From a virus, in IMG/VR virus record IMGVR_UViG_3300045988_183350: DNA of 64,000 bases, one strand, 5' to 3'. A program made the translations under genes and the position numbers. Below the pieces are notes generated by a model. That model saw only the letters and a program-made list of their open reading frames with translations. It had not been told where the DNA came from and did no database searches. Shown here in pieces: positions 9,540 through 18,801 of this stretch (its first letter is position 1; every line of letters begins with the position of its first letter).

Positions 9540-9758
9540 ATGGCCGATAAATTAATGTCTCGCCGAATGGCATCTCACTATTTGGGCACATCAAAACGCT
9601 ACTTGAAAGCTTTAACACAGGTTGGACGAATGTTTCCTGAAAAGTCGTTTCCTGAACGCTGGTCTAAACAAGACTTAGACCGTTACAAACAGGAAATTGG
9701 TCGTGACATCACGCCTGACCTTGAAGCATCACTAATTCGTAGTGCAAAATCGCGTTAA
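9540..9758 (+). CDS. Small basic protein, possible DNA-binding regulator
   Basis: 72-aa ORF with RBS AAGGAG; Lys/Arg-rich. Confidence 0.4.
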   Translation: MADKLMSRRMASHYLGTSKRYLKALTQVGRMFPEKSFPERWSKQDLDRYKQEIGRDITPDLEASLIRSAKSR

Positions 9759-10009
9759 AACCATTTACAAAATGACAATTACGCGATATAATAAAATTAC
9801 TAAAATTAAAAATTAAGAAAACGTAACATATAGTTCTTTTGATTTATTTTTTTAGTTAATCTTAACAACTTAAAGCCGCTTGGTTTTCAACTAGGTGGCT
9901 TTTTCACGTTACGACTATATTACAAAATTTAAAATTTTATATGCAATTCTAATAATTCGTGTTATAATAATATTATAGACTAAAAAAACTTATACAAAAG
10001 GAAGATTCG

Positions 10010-11110
10010 ATGATACATAAACGATTAAAAGGTAAAATTTTATATAGTTCAGTAATCTTAGGTGTAGCTTTATTTTCAGGAGTTTCGCCTGTAACAGCAT
10101 TAGCTGATGACAATAATTCTGTGAAAATTGACAAAATTATTTCAAGTTCACAAGATATTGACAAGTCGTCAGAGCAATCTTTGAATGCGTCAATTACAAA
10201 ATTGCAAAACTCAATTTCAGATTTGGAGTCTGAAAACAAGCAATTGCAATCTGAGGTTGACAAATTAGCTAAAGATTTGGACAAATTGACAAAAGATATT
10301 ATTGCTCGTAACAAGCAATTAGAGTCACAGGCTGTTGACATGCAAACGTCTACAGGTTCAGATGGCATTATTGGAGCATTGACGTCTTCAAAATCAATTT
10401 CAGATGCAATTTCAAAATTGACAGCTATGGGAACAATCTCGTCTGCAAATGACAATGCCATTAAAGATTTGAAAAAACAAAAGACTGAATTAGAGAAGAA
10501 ACAAAAGGAAAATCAGGCTAAAATCAATGAGATTGTGGAAAACACACAAAAATTGAATGAGGCTAAAGCAAATTTAGACGTAGCTAAACTTGAATTGCAA
10601 GCGAAACAAGAAGAAGCTCGAAAAGCTGACGAAGCTAAAAAAGCTGAAACGGCAAAAGCTTTGAAAGCGGCTGAAAGTAAAGCCGATTCTGTGAAAAATG
10701 CAACAAGTAATCTCGAAGCGCGAAGCAATGAGGCTGTACAACCAGGTGAGGGTAATTTCACGCCTAATTACTCAGGTAATACTTATCCAGCTGGCCAATG
10801 TACTTGGGGCGTGAAATCACTACTTCCTTGGGTTGGTAATTACTGGGGTAATGCAAACCAATGGGGAGCAAGTGCACAAGCTGAAGGACACACTATCGGA
10901 AATACGCCTAAGGTTGGAGCTATTGCCGTTTGGCCTGAGGATGGCGGTGGCTATGGACACGTCGCCGTAGTTTCAAAAGTAAACAGTGCAACGTCTATTG
11001 AAGTATTAGAGTCAAACTATGCAGGTAATATGTCAATCGGTAATTACCGTGGCACATTTAATCCGCAAGCTGTTTGGTCTGGAAGTTCAGTATATTATAT
11101 TTATCAATAA
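10010..11110 (+). CDS. Secreted coiled-coil peptidoglycan hydrolase with C-terminal CHAP domain (PcsB-like)
   Basis: Signal peptide; long heptad/coiled-coil region; C-terminal 'GQCTWGVK...GYGHVAVV' places the Cys/His CHAP catalytic pair. Confidence 0.65.
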   Translation: MIHKRLKGKILYSSVILGVALFSGVSPVTALADDNNSVKIDKIISSSQDIDKSSEQSLNASITKLQNSISDLESENKQLQSEVDKLAKDLDKLTKDIIARNKQLESQAVDMQTSTGSDGIIGALTSSKSISDAISKLTAMGTISSANDNAIKDLKKQKTELEKKQKENQAKINEIVENTQKLNEAKANLDVAKLELQAKQEEARKADEAKKAETAKALKAAESKADSVKNATSNLEARSNEAVQPGEGNFTPNYSGNTYPAGQCTWGVKSLLPWVGNYWGNANQWGASAQAEGHTIGNTPKVGAIAVWPEDGGGYGHVAVVSKVNSATSIEVLESNYAGNMSIGNYRGTFNPQAVWSGSSVYYIYQ

Positions 11111-11137
11111 TTGTCAGAAAATAAAAAATAAATCTTA

Positions 11138-11172
11138 AAAAGGATTTACTTTTTATTTTTATTTGTTATAAT
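11138..11172 (+). promoter_or_regulatory. Conserved promoter (AGGATTTACTTTTT ... TGTTATAAT)
   Basis: Direct motif match. Confidence 0.55.
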
Positions 11173-11207
11173 TAAATAAATACTTAATTAAAAACAAAGG
11201 AAATTTT

Positions 11208-12269
11208 ATGAAGATTAAAAAACTTTTATATAGTACAATGCTTTTAGGAACATTTGCGACAGCAACTTTGCCTAGCGTTCACGCTTTGGCTGAAGACACA
11301 ACTGTCGACAGTATTGTTTCTGAAGCCTCTAATTTGGACCGTTCGTCAATTAGTTCATTGAATGCGTCTATTACAAAGTTGCAAACGGCAATTTCAGATT
11401 TGGAAGCAAAAAACAATGAATTAAAAGCTGAAGTGGACAAGCAAAATGAGGAAGTTGAAGCGTTAGCTAAGAATGTCATTGCACGAACAAAACAATTAAA
11501 CAAACAAGCTGCAGACATGCAAACGACCTCTAAAGGTACATGGCTTGACGCAGTTACTTCGTCGGGGTCATTGTCTGATATATTGTCTAAACTCTCGGCT
11601 ATGGGAACAGTGTCATCGGCAAATAATGACGCGATTACTGATTTGAAAAAACAAAAAGCTGAGCTTGAGAAGAAGCAAAAAGAAAATCAGGATAAGATTA
11701 ATGAAATTAATAGTAACAGTCAAAAGCTTGAAACAACCAAAGCTGATTTGGAAGTAGCTAAACAGGATTTGTTGCATAAGCAAGGTTATAATAATGAAGA
11801 AGAATTGCTCGCGGCAGAACAAAGAGCCAAAGAAGTCAGAAACGGAGCTAATGGTATTCAGGACCGCAGTAATGAAGCTATTCAAGCTGGCGAGGGTAAT
11901 TTCACACCTAATTATGCGGCGAATTCATATCCTGTAGGTCAGTGTACTTGGGGTTGTAAAGTGTTACTTCCTTGGGTCGGTGACTATTGGGGTAACGCAA
12001 ACCAATGGGGAGCAAGTGCTCAAGCAGCTGGACATACAATTAGTTACACACCCAAAGTTGGGGCTGTTATTGTATGGCCTAATGAGGGTGGCGGTTATGG
12101 ACACGTCGCAGTTGTGTCTAAGGTGATTGACGCAAATACCATTGAGGTTTTAGAGGCTAATTACGGTGGAAGTGCGTATGCCGCTGACCCTCGTGGCGTC
12201 GGCAATTATCGTGGGCCTTTTAACTGGCCATCATCTGGTGGTGGCGGTGCCTACTTTATTTACGAGTAG
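11208..12269 (+). CDS. Secreted coiled-coil CHAP-domain peptidoglycan hydrolase, paralog of 10010-11110
   Basis: Same architecture; 'GQCTWGCK...GYGHVAVV'. Confidence 0.65.
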   Translation: MKIKKLLYSTMLLGTFATATLPSVHALAEDTTVDSIVSEASNLDRSSISSLNASITKLQTAISDLEAKNNELKAEVDKQNEEVEALAKNVIARTKQLNKQAADMQTTSKGTWLDAVTSSGSLSDILSKLSAMGTVSSANNDAITDLKKQKAELEKKQKENQDKINEINSNSQKLETTKADLEVAKQDLLHKQGYNNEEELLAAEQRAKEVRNGANGIQDRSNEAIQAGEGNFTPNYAANSYPVGQCTWGCKVLLPWVGDYWGNANQWGASAQAAGHTISYTPKVGAVIVWPNEGGGYGHVAVVSKVIDANTIEVLEANYGGSAYAADPRGVGNYRGPFNWPSSGGGGAYFIYE

Positions 12270-12417
12270 AAAATTAGTGAAAAACGAGGATTTTTTCGCG
12301 AAAAAGGGTTTACAAAACTTTCATATCGCGATATAATATATTCATAATCAATTATTAAGTAGCTTGCGCAGCTCTAATCATATTGGAATATGAGTAAAAA
12401 CTTAAAAAAATATTAGA

Positions 12418-12452
12418 AAAAGCGTTTACTTTATATTAAAATATGATATAAT
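12418..12452 (+). promoter_or_regulatory. Conserved promoter (AGCGTTTACTTTA ... ATATGATATAAT)
   Basis: Direct motif match; ~65-nt leader before hup. Confidence 0.55.
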
Positions 12453-12517
12453 ATATATAAAGAGTAAAGCAATTTACTTAATAAAAAAATATTTTAAATT
12501 AAGAGGTAAAATTAATT

Positions 12518-12796
12518 ATGGCAATTAATAAAAAACAACTTGTTGATGCAGTAGCAGAAAAGACTGGTCTTACTAAGAAAGACTCAGCAGCAGCTTATGA
12601 TGCAGTATTTGCAGCAATCGAAGAATTCCTTGCTGCTGGTGAAAAAGTACAATTGATTGGTTTCGGTAGCTTTGATGTTCGTGACCGTGCAGAACGTAAA
12701 GGTCGTGACTTCCAAACAGGTGAAGAAATCGTTATCCCTGCTACTAAAGTGCCAGGATTTAAAGCTGGTAAAGCACTTAAAGAAGCTGTAAAATAA
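12518..12796 (+). CDS. hup: HU-family DNA-binding protein
   Basis: [23 protein letters not shown]...[41 protein letters not shown] is a canonical HU/IHF fold sequence. Confidence 0.8.
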   Translation: MAINKKQLVDAVAEKTGLTKKDSAAAYDAVFAAIEEFLAAGEKVQLIGFGSFDVRDRAERKGRDFQTGEEIVIPATKVPGFKAGKALKEAVK

Positions 12797-12805
12797 TAAA
12801 TAATT

Positions 12806-12831
12806 AGAGCATTCATGCTCTCTTTATTTAT
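12806..12831 (+). terminator. Rho-independent terminator
   Basis: AGAGCATTCATGCTCT followed by a T-rich tail. Confidence 0.6.
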
Positions 12832-13056
12832 GGCTGAGCAGTCGGTGAACAGGGGTTCGATTCCTCAACTCAGCTTTAACTAATTAAACTCTCTCTTAAT
12901 TAGTTGAATTTATTTTATTTTATTTTAAAATTTTTCTCCCTCTATAATTATAAGGTAGGCAATTCATTTTTGATTGTTTACCTTTTTATTTTATTTACAA
13001 AAGGTTTATTTTATGATATGATAATAACTAATAAGTAAAAGGGGATTATTATTTAT

Positions 13057-15042
13057 ATGAATTTAAAAAAATTGACATTACCAATTGCGGCCCTTGCCGT
13101 AACTTTAGTGCCTACATTAGCTAGTGCCGACAGTTATGGGTCAACAGACTCTTATTCACGTATTGAATCTGACAAAATGTTACTTGTTCAATCTTTTGTG
13201 AATAAATCAGATGATATGGAATCAACTGCAGTTGAGGCATCTGAACAAGCTTATGTGGCATTATCAAATTATCGTTCGAGTGTATCATTTAAAGCGTCAC
13301 GTGAGTTTAATGCTATGAATATTCGATTTACAGTGCCAGATGGTCAAACAGGGAAATTGAGTTTGAAAGTAAATGGACAAATCGTAAAAACGCTTGATTT
13401 ATCGTCTCAATCGTCATGGCAATACTTATCGGGAGATAAGGCCTCAAATGACGCAAGCAACGACGCTCATGCGCGTTTCAGATTTGATGAAACTTACTTT
13501 GTACTCAATCAAACTGTCCATAATGGCGACACAATCGAATTGGTCAATGAGTCAGGAACTCAAGTTGGGCTTGATTTTGTCGAGCTTGAAACAGCACCTG
13601 AACCAATTAAACAACCTGCAAACAGTGTTTCGATTACTGATTTTGGAGCAAGACCTAATGACGGCCAGGATGATTCAGACGCTTTATTTGCAGCAGTTTA
13701 TCAGGCGAAGCAAACTGGAAAATCAGTTTATATTCCTGCAGGCGAATTCACATTTAACCGCAAAATTTGGTTGGAAGCAAACGACTTAAAAATCACTGGT
13801 GCAGGAATGTGGCACACGAAATTATACTTTACAAGTGATGCGCAAGGCGGTGGTGGTTTTGAGTTTGGACACAATTCAAATCGTATTGAGTTGAGTAACT
13901 TGTCAATGGACTCAAATTTAAAATCACGATATGACGAGCGAGCCAATTACAAAGCCATTGCTGGTACGCTAGGTAAAGATTCAAAAATCAGTAATGTTTG
14001 GATTCAACATTTTGAATGTGGACTTTGGATTGGCGACTATACTGATGCAAAAAACATGAAATACACTGACAATTTGGTTGTGGAAAATGCTCGTATTCGT
14101 AACAATTTAGCTGACGGTGTGAATTTCGCTCAAGGAACAAAAAATTCAGTTGTGAAAAATTCAAACATTCGTGGAAATGGAGACGATGGATTGGCAACTT
14201 GGGCGAGTATTTCAGATGGTACTGAATCTGCCATTGCCGAAAACAATAAATTTGTTTATAATACTATTGAATTAGGTTGGCGAGCTGGTGGCGTTGGTAT
14301 CTTTGGAGGTCGTGGTCACGAGGTTGCATATAATAAGATACAAGATAATTTTGCAAATGCGGGTATTCGTGTAAGTACTGTATTTGCTGGACATAATTTC
14401 GATTTGAATGATTCAGGCATTAATATTCATGACAACTACTTGTATCGCACGGGAACTGTGTCAGATTTGTATGGTCAAAAACGTGGTGCTTTTGACTTTG
14501 AACGACAAAGAGGCGATTTAAAAAATATTAATGTAACAAACAATAAAGTACAATACTCTTTTGCGACAGACAAGACTGATAATGAAAATTTAGTTAATTA
14601 TATTAACAATAGTGTCAGTAATGAGCCTGTCAAGATAGTAAGTGATAATAAGCCTCATAATCGTTTTGTCGACGAAGGTGGTTATTATGTTTACTATAAT
14701 AATAATGGAAATAAAGTAACAGGATTTAATACAATTGACGGTATTAATTATTACTTTTATAATGACGGTCGTCAAGCTAAAGGTGATTTAATTAAAGTAG
14801 ACAGCGACTACTATTATACAACCGGTGATATTGGACGCGTTGTTACTAATGAATTTAAAGAAATTAACGGGTCTTGGTATTTCTTTGGTAAAGATGGTAA
14901 AGCTTTAAAAGGATTTAAGACAGTTGACCATTTAAATTATTATTTCCATACTGACGGAAAACAATCAAAAGGTGAAACATTTAATATTAATGGGCATACT
15001 TATACCACTGACGCAAACACAGGAGTCGTCACTAAAAAATAA
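13057..15042 (+). CDS. Secreted right-handed beta-helix (pectin-lyase-fold) protein with C-terminal cell-wall-binding (choline-binding-type YG) repeats
   Basis: Signal peptide; repeated NxxDG/'GDDGLATWA' beta-helix-like turns; C-terminal repeats 'GFNTIDGINYYFYNDGRQAKG', 'GSWYFFGKDGKALKGF', 'LNYYFHTDGKQSKG'. Confidence 0.55.
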   Translation: MNLKKLTLPIAALAVTLVPTLASADSYGSTDSYSRIESDKMLLVQSFVNKSDDMESTAVEASEQAYVALSNYRSSVSFKASREFNAMNIRFTVPDGQTGKLSLKVNGQIVKTLDLSSQSSWQYLSGDKASNDASNDAHARFRFDETYFVLNQTVHNGDTIELVNESGTQVGLDFVELETAPEPIKQPANSVSITDFGARPNDGQDDSDALFAAVYQAKQTGKSVYIPAGEFTFNRKIWLEANDLKITGAGMWHTKLYFTSDAQGGGGFEFGHNSNRIELSNLSMDSNLKSRYDERANYKAIAGTLGKDSKISNVWIQHFECGLWIGDYTDAKNMKYTDNLVVENARIRNNLADGVNFAQGTKNSVVKNSNIRGNGDDGLATWASISDGTESAIAENNKFVYNTIELGWRAGGVGIFGGRGHEVAYNKIQDNFANAGIRVSTVFAGHNFDLNDSGINIHDNYLYRTGTVSDLYGQKRGAFDFERQRGDLKNINVTNNKVQYSFATDKTDNENLVNYINNSVSNEPVKIVSDNKPHNRFVDEGGYYVYYNNNGNKVTGFNTIDGINYYFYNDGRQAKGDLIKVDSDYYYTTGDIGRVVTNEFKEINGSWYFFGKDGKALKGFKTVDHLNYYFHTDGKQSKGETFNINGHTYTTDANTGVVTKK

Positions 15043-15197
15043 AAAACTTTGTAAAAAAGGTTTACTTTATTTTTAAATGTGGTATTATAATAGTATAAAG
15101 TGTTAATGTTTATGTTAATTGTAAGAGACTTTTACTAACTTTTGGTGGGGTTAGTAAGGAGGTATTACAAAAGAATTTTTAAAGGAAAATAACTTAA

Positions 15198-15232
15198 AAG
15201 GGTTTACTTTTAAATCCGATTTGATATAATAG
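15198..15232 (+). promoter_or_regulatory. Conserved promoter (GGGTTTACTTTTA ... TTGATATAAT) driving tRNA-Met plus CDS 15388
   Basis: Direct motif match; a second upstream copy at 15058-15091. Confidence 0.55.
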
Positions 15233-15263
15233 TAACCATGAGAGTTCATTATCCTTTTATATT

Positions 15264-15338
15264 GGACCTTTAGCTTAACTGGTTAAAGCATTCAGCTCAT
15301 AACTGAAGGTATGTGGGTTCGAGTCCTGTAAGGTCCAT
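15264..15338 (+). tRNA. tRNA with anticodon CAT (Met / fMet / Ile-lysidine class)
   Basis: Acceptor GGACCTT/AAGGTCC; anticodon arm TTCAG-CTCATAA-CTGAA; TTCGAGT T-loop. Confidence 0.6.
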
Positions 15339-15387
15339 TAACACAGCTTGTGTTAATAAAAATTATTTTAAGAAAAGGAATTTCAAA

Positions 15388-16350
15388 ATGAAAAAATTGA
15401 TTACACTTTCTGCTACTGTACTTATCGCGGTTTCGGCAGCTGCTCCAGTAACGTCAACATTTGCTGACGAAGTTGGCCAATCTAATGTTACTCTTGTTCG
15501 CTTTGGTGGCGGGCATGCAGGTGGCGGACACGTCGGCGGCGGACATGTAGGTGGAGGCCACGTTGGTGGCGGTCGTTCGGGTGGAGGCCACTTTGGTGGT
15601 GGTCATGCAGGTCGTTCGGGTGGCGGACACGCGGGTCGCTCAGGTGGTGGACACTTTGGTGGTTCAAAATCAGGTAAGACTGGCGGGAGCGTGAAATCCG
15701 GCGGTTCAAAATCTGGTAAAACTGGTGGAAGTGTAAAATCTGGTAAAACTGGCGATACCGTTAAGATTAAAGACAAACAAGGACCTAAAGTATCTGATAA
15801 GACAAAATCATCAGGTTCAAAAGTTACGGACAAGTCTGCGTCAACTAAATCATCTGGTAAAACTGGTGATACAGTTAAAATTAAAGATAAAAAAGCTCCA
15901 AAATTGAATAAAGATGAAAAATCTGTATTTAATACTGGCGGTAAAGTCAAAGATGATTCGACATTGAACAAATACGCAAAGCAATCTGATACTACAGAAG
16001 CTAACAAAAATGCGTCACGTATCTTTAATGACAATGGCTATGGGTCATACGGTTATAACTCATATCGCCGTCAATCAATTTTTGACAATCCATGGTTCTG
16101 GATGTACATGATGAATCACAACCGTTCGCGTTATGGTAATGAATCAAATGAGTACAAACAAAATATGGAAAGCAAAGCTTACTTGCAAGGTTACAAAGAT
16201 GGCTACAAGGACGGTGAAAAGAAAGTTGACAACTCTAAAAAGTTGTCAGATTCAAAATCTGAAAAAGGCAAGTTCAGCAATGATACAGAGAAGTCTGATT
16301 ATCTTAAGGGATATAAAGACGGAAATTCAGACGCAAAATCTGGAAAATAA
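15388..16350 (+). CDS. Secreted Gly/His-rich low-complexity protein
   Basis: Start after RBS AAGGAA (track ORF begins at 15313 inside the tRNA); signal peptide; (GGGHxGGGH) repeats; Lys/Ser/Thr-rich repeats. Confidence 0.5.
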   Translation: MKKLITLSATVLIAVSAAAPVTSTFADEVGQSNVTLVRFGGGHAGGGHVGGGHVGGGHVGGGRSGGGHFGGGHAGRSGGGHAGRSGGGHFGGSKSGKTGGSVKSGGSKSGKTGGSVKSGKTGDTVKIKDKQGPKVSDKTKSSGSKVTDKSASTKSSGKTGDTVKIKDKKAPKLNKDEKSVFNTGGKVKDDSTLNKYAKQSDTTEANKNASRIFNDNGYGSYGYNSYRRQSIFDNPWFWMYMMNHNRSRYGNESNEYKQNMESKAYLQGYKDGYKDGEKKVDNSKKLSDSKSEKGKFSNDTEKSDYLKGYKDGNSDAKSGK

Positions 16351-16412
16351 TTTACAAAAAAGGGTTTACTTTTAAATTATTTGTGATATAATATAAAAGT
16401 AAACTTGATTAT

Positions 16413-16502
16413 GGAGACGTACTCAAGTTGGTTAAGAGGACTGTTTGCTAAACAGTTAGGCGGCTGAAAAGTCGCGCGCAGGTTCGAACCCTGTCGTCTC
16501 CG
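16413..16502 (+). tRNA. tRNA-Ser (anticodon GCT), long variable arm
   Basis: Acceptor GGAGACG/CGTCTCC; anticodon loop TTGCTAA; own promoter at 16362-16392. Confidence 0.7.
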
Positions 16503-16594
16503 TTCATAAAATTTTTTAAAAAACTTTTAAAAAAGGGTTTACTGTAAATTGATTTTATGATATAATGTAAAAGAATTGATTGAATGAATTTTAG

Positions 16595-16667
16595 GCGAGT
16601 TAGCTCAGTTGGTAGAGCGTCCGGCTGTTAACCGGATTGTCGCAGGTTCAAGTCCTGCACTCGCCGT
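16595..16667 (+). tRNA. tRNA-Asn (anticodon GTT)
   Basis: GGCGAGTTAGCTCAGTTGGTAGAGC...CTGTTAA...TTCAAGTCC; own promoter at 16535-16565. Confidence 0.7.
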
Positions 16668-16704
16668 TCTTAAAAAGTAATTTTAAGATATACTTATTAT
16701 TATC

Positions 16705-16777
16705 GCAGGATAGTAACAGTTGGTAGTTCGCTAGGCTCATAACCTAGAGGCCGCGGGTTCGAGTCCCGCTCCTGCAA
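16705..16777 (+). tRNA. tRNA with anticodon CAT (Met class, second copy)
   Basis: Anticodon loop CTCATAA; T-arm GGGTTCGAGTCCC. Confidence 0.65.
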
Positions 16778-16866
16778 TTGTCACAGTAAATTAATTTAAA
16801 AAACTTTTAAAAAAGGGTTTACAGCGAATTGATTTTGTGATATAATATTTATATAATTTAATTGCT

Positions 16867-16937
<71 letters not shown>

Positions 16938-17461
16938 ATTATTATAAAAAATAAAAAAACTTGTAAAAACTTTTAAAAAAGGGTTTACAACATGTCAATT
17001 TTGTGATATAATATATGTATATTCGAAATGACATAAGTACGTTCCTATTTGGTAAATATCTTTTTATATTTGAGTTGATTACGTACCGTCAATGAATAAT
17101 AATTTTAAATTTTAGGCACAAAGAGGTTCCTATTTTCTAACAATTTTTAAGCGAAAAATAATATATACCTCTCGCCATTAATCGTAACACTAAATGAAAG
17201 GAAACAAATACGATGATTAAAACAATTATTACTAAAAAACATTTTTGTGATATTCAACCGTCAGCCGTCGATTCACGTGTCTGGGGCGTATTTGGAGTAC
17301 TCAAATTTAAGAACAATCTTTCTCATCGAGAGACATAATATTCGTATAACCTAGTTGGGAGTATAGGCGAAGCCTATATGGGACACTAGCGATAACGAAT
17401 AATTCAATACTCGAGTGAAAGATTGTAAGCAACAGTGTTTACAATCTTTTTATAATACTTT

Positions 17462-17535
17462 GGACCCTTAGCTCAGCTGGTTAGAGCACTCGACTTTTAA
17501 TCGAGGGGTCATAGGTTCGAATCCTATAGGGTCCA
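17462..17535 (+). tRNA. tRNA-Lys (anticodon TTT)
   Basis: GGACCCTTAGCTCAGCTGGTTAGAGC...CTTTTAA...GGTTCGAATCC. Confidence 0.7.
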
Positions 17536-17552
17536 TTTCTCCAAAAATATTT

Positions 17553-17623
17553 GGGGCCTTAGTTTAGTGGGAAAACGTTGCCCTTGCAAGGCGAAATCAC
17601 GAGTTCGACTCTCGTAGGCTCCA
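17553..17623 (+). tRNA. tRNA-Ala (anticodon TGC)
   Basis: GGGGCCTTAGTTTAGTGGG...TTGCC-CTTGCAA-GGCGA...GAGTTCGACTCTC. Confidence 0.6.
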
Positions 17624-17632
17624 TTAAAATTT

Positions 17633-17705
17633 ATCTCGTTAACTCAGCTGGTAGAGTGCTACTCTTACAAAGTAGAAGTCATAGGTTCAAATCCTATACG
17701 GGATA
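17633..17705 (+). tRNA. tRNA-Val (anticodon TAC)
   Basis: Anticodon arm CTACT-CTTACAA-AGTAG; T-arm GGTTCAAATCC. Confidence 0.6.
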
Positions 17706-17751
17706 TTTCCCACATAAAACGTTAATAGTAATGTTTAATGTGGTGTATCAA

Positions 17752-17834
17752 GCACCTATGGTGGAATTCGGCAGACACGCCAGTCTTAGAAACTGGTGTC
17801 TTAGGACGTGCAGGTTCAAGTCCTGCTGGGTGTA
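17752..17834 (+). tRNA. tRNA-Leu (anticodon TAG), long variable arm
   Basis: Anticodon arm CCAGT-CTTAGAA-ACTGG; extra arm; T-arm GCAGGTTCAAGTCCTGC. Confidence 0.55.
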
Positions 17835-17849
17835 TTATAATAATATAGG

Positions 17850-17922
17850 CTTATAGTTTAATCGGGAAAACAATCGCCTCCAAAGCTTTAGTCGTGGGTT
17901 CGAATCCTACTAAGCCTGTTTC
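17850..17922 (+). tRNA. tRNA-Trp-like (anticodon CCA) with a mismatched anticodon stem; possibly non-functional or a pseudo-tRNA
   Basis: Overall similar to Bacillus tRNA-Trp (AGGCTTATAGTTTAATCGGGAAAAC..CTCCAAA..GTGGGTTCGAATCCTAC) but stem ATCGC/GCTTT has 2 mismatches. Confidence 0.45.
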
Positions 17923-17930
17923 ACAATTAT

Positions 17931-17991
17931 GCGGATATAGTTTAATGGTAAAACCTTAGTCTTCCAAACTAAAGTCGCGGGTTCGACTCCC
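17931..17991 (+). tRNA. tRNA-Gly (anticodon TCC)
   Basis: GCGGATATAGTTTAATGGTAAAAC-CTTAGTCTTCCAAACTAAAG-TCGCGGGTTCGACTCCCG. Confidence 0.6.
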
Positions 17992-18010
17992 GTTATCCGC
18001 TTTATATTTA

Positions 18011-18084
18011 CTGGATATAGCACAGCTTGGTAGTGCACGTGGTTTGGGACCACGGGGTCGCAGGTTCGAATCCTGCTATCCAGA
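18011..18084 (+). tRNA. tRNA-Pro (anticodon TGG)
   Basis: Anticodon arm CGTGG-TTTGGGA-CCACG; T-arm GCAGGTTCGAATCCTGC. Confidence 0.65.
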
Positions 18085-18113
18085 TTACTCTAATATAAAG
18101 GAAGTTAATTAAA

Positions 18114-18296
18114 ATGCTTACAACTACTGAAACAATTATTTTATCATTGATTTTAGGATTACTGGTGATGATACCAATTTTAAGTATTTTATTATTGATT
18201 GCCTTAAATACAATTGCCCTTTTAATCATTGGAGTAGTGTTATATATCGTAATTGTTGGATTTTCAATTAAAATGTTCAATTACGATAAAAACTAA
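18114..18296 (+). CDS. Small hydrophobic (two-TM) peptide, tentative
   Basis: 60-aa ORF with RBS AAAGGAAG 8 nt upstream, between tRNA genes; almost entirely Leu/Ile/Val. Confidence 0.3.
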   Translation: MLTTTETIILSLILGLLVMIPILSILLLIALNTIALLIIGVVLYIVIVGFSIKMFNYDKN

Positions 18297-18302
18297 CATT
18301 TT

Positions 18303-18374
18303 TGTCCTATAGTTAAGTTTGGTATAATGCACGACTGATAATCGTGTGTCACTGGTTCAAATCCAGTTGGGACA
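18303..18374 (+). tRNA. tRNA-Ile (anticodon GAT)
   Basis: Anticodon arm CACGA-CTGATAA-TCGTG; T-arm CTGGTTCAAATCCAG. Confidence 0.65.
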
Positions 18375-18380
18375 ATTTAA

Positions 18381-18453
18381 TGACTGTTGGTCTAACGGAG
18401 CATGACGTCCGGCTACGAACCGGGAGATACGGGTTCGATTCCTGTGCGGTCAA
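18381..18453 (+). tRNA. tRNA-Arg (anticodon ACG)
   Basis: Anticodon arm TCCGG-CTACGAA-CCGGG; T-arm CGGGTTCGATTCCTG. Confidence 0.6.
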
Positions 18454-18463
18454 TTAAATTTTG

Positions 18464-18538
18464 GTGGTATAGTGCAAAGTTGGTTGAGCAACCAGACTGT
18501 GAATCTGGCGTTACTCGGTTCAAATCCGAGGTATCACC
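18464..18538 (+). tRNA. tRNA-His (anticodon GTG) with 5' G-1
   Basis: GGTGGTATAGTG...CCAGA-CTGTGAA-TCTGG...CGGTTCAAATCCG; discriminator C. Confidence 0.6.
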
Positions 18539-18551
18539 CTATCAATACTAT

Positions 18552-18638
18552 GGAGTCGTAGACATAATTGGTATTGGGCTGGTCTTGAAAACCAGTGGCG
18601 TGTAAAAGCGTTTGTGGGTTCGAGTCCCACCGGCTCCT
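18552..18638 (+). tRNA. tRNA-Ser (anticodon TGA), long variable arm
   Basis: Acceptor GGAGTCG/CGGCTCC; anticodon arm CTGGT-CTTGAAA-ACCAG; T-arm GGGTTCGAGTCCC. Confidence 0.55.
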
Positions 18639-18646
18639 TAAAATAA

Positions 18647-18718
18647 GCTGAAATAGCTCAACTGGTAGAGCACTCGCCTTGTAAGCGAGCGGTTGCAGGT
18701 TCGATTCCTGTTTTCAGC
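18647..18718 (+). tRNA. tRNA-Thr (anticodon TGT)
   Basis: GCTGAAATAGCTCAACTGGTAGAGC-ACTCGC-CTTGTAA-GCGAG...GCAGGTTCGATTCCTG. Confidence 0.7.
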
Positions 18719-18728
18719 ATTAAATTTA

Positions 18729-18801
18729 GGTCGCATAGCTCAGTTAGGTAGAGCACTCGGTTGAAGCCCGAGGCGCACTGGTTCAATTCCAGTTGTGACC
18801 A
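18729..18801 (+). tRNA. tRNA-Phe (anticodon GAA)
   Basis: GGTCGCATAGCTCAGTTAGGTAGAGC...TTGAAGC...CTGGTTCAATTCCAG. Confidence 0.65.

Noticed and set aside
15313-15387. 5' extension of CDS 15388 proposed by the ORF track (start at 15313)
   Set aside because: It overlaps the tRNA-Met 3' half and has no RBS; the true start is the ATG at 15388 after AAGGAA.
17578-18605. Track ORFs 17578-17856(+), 18008-18280(-), 18402-18605(+) inside the tRNA cluster
   Set aside because: They overlap tRNA genes on the same or opposite strand, lack RBSs, and have odd composition; spurious.
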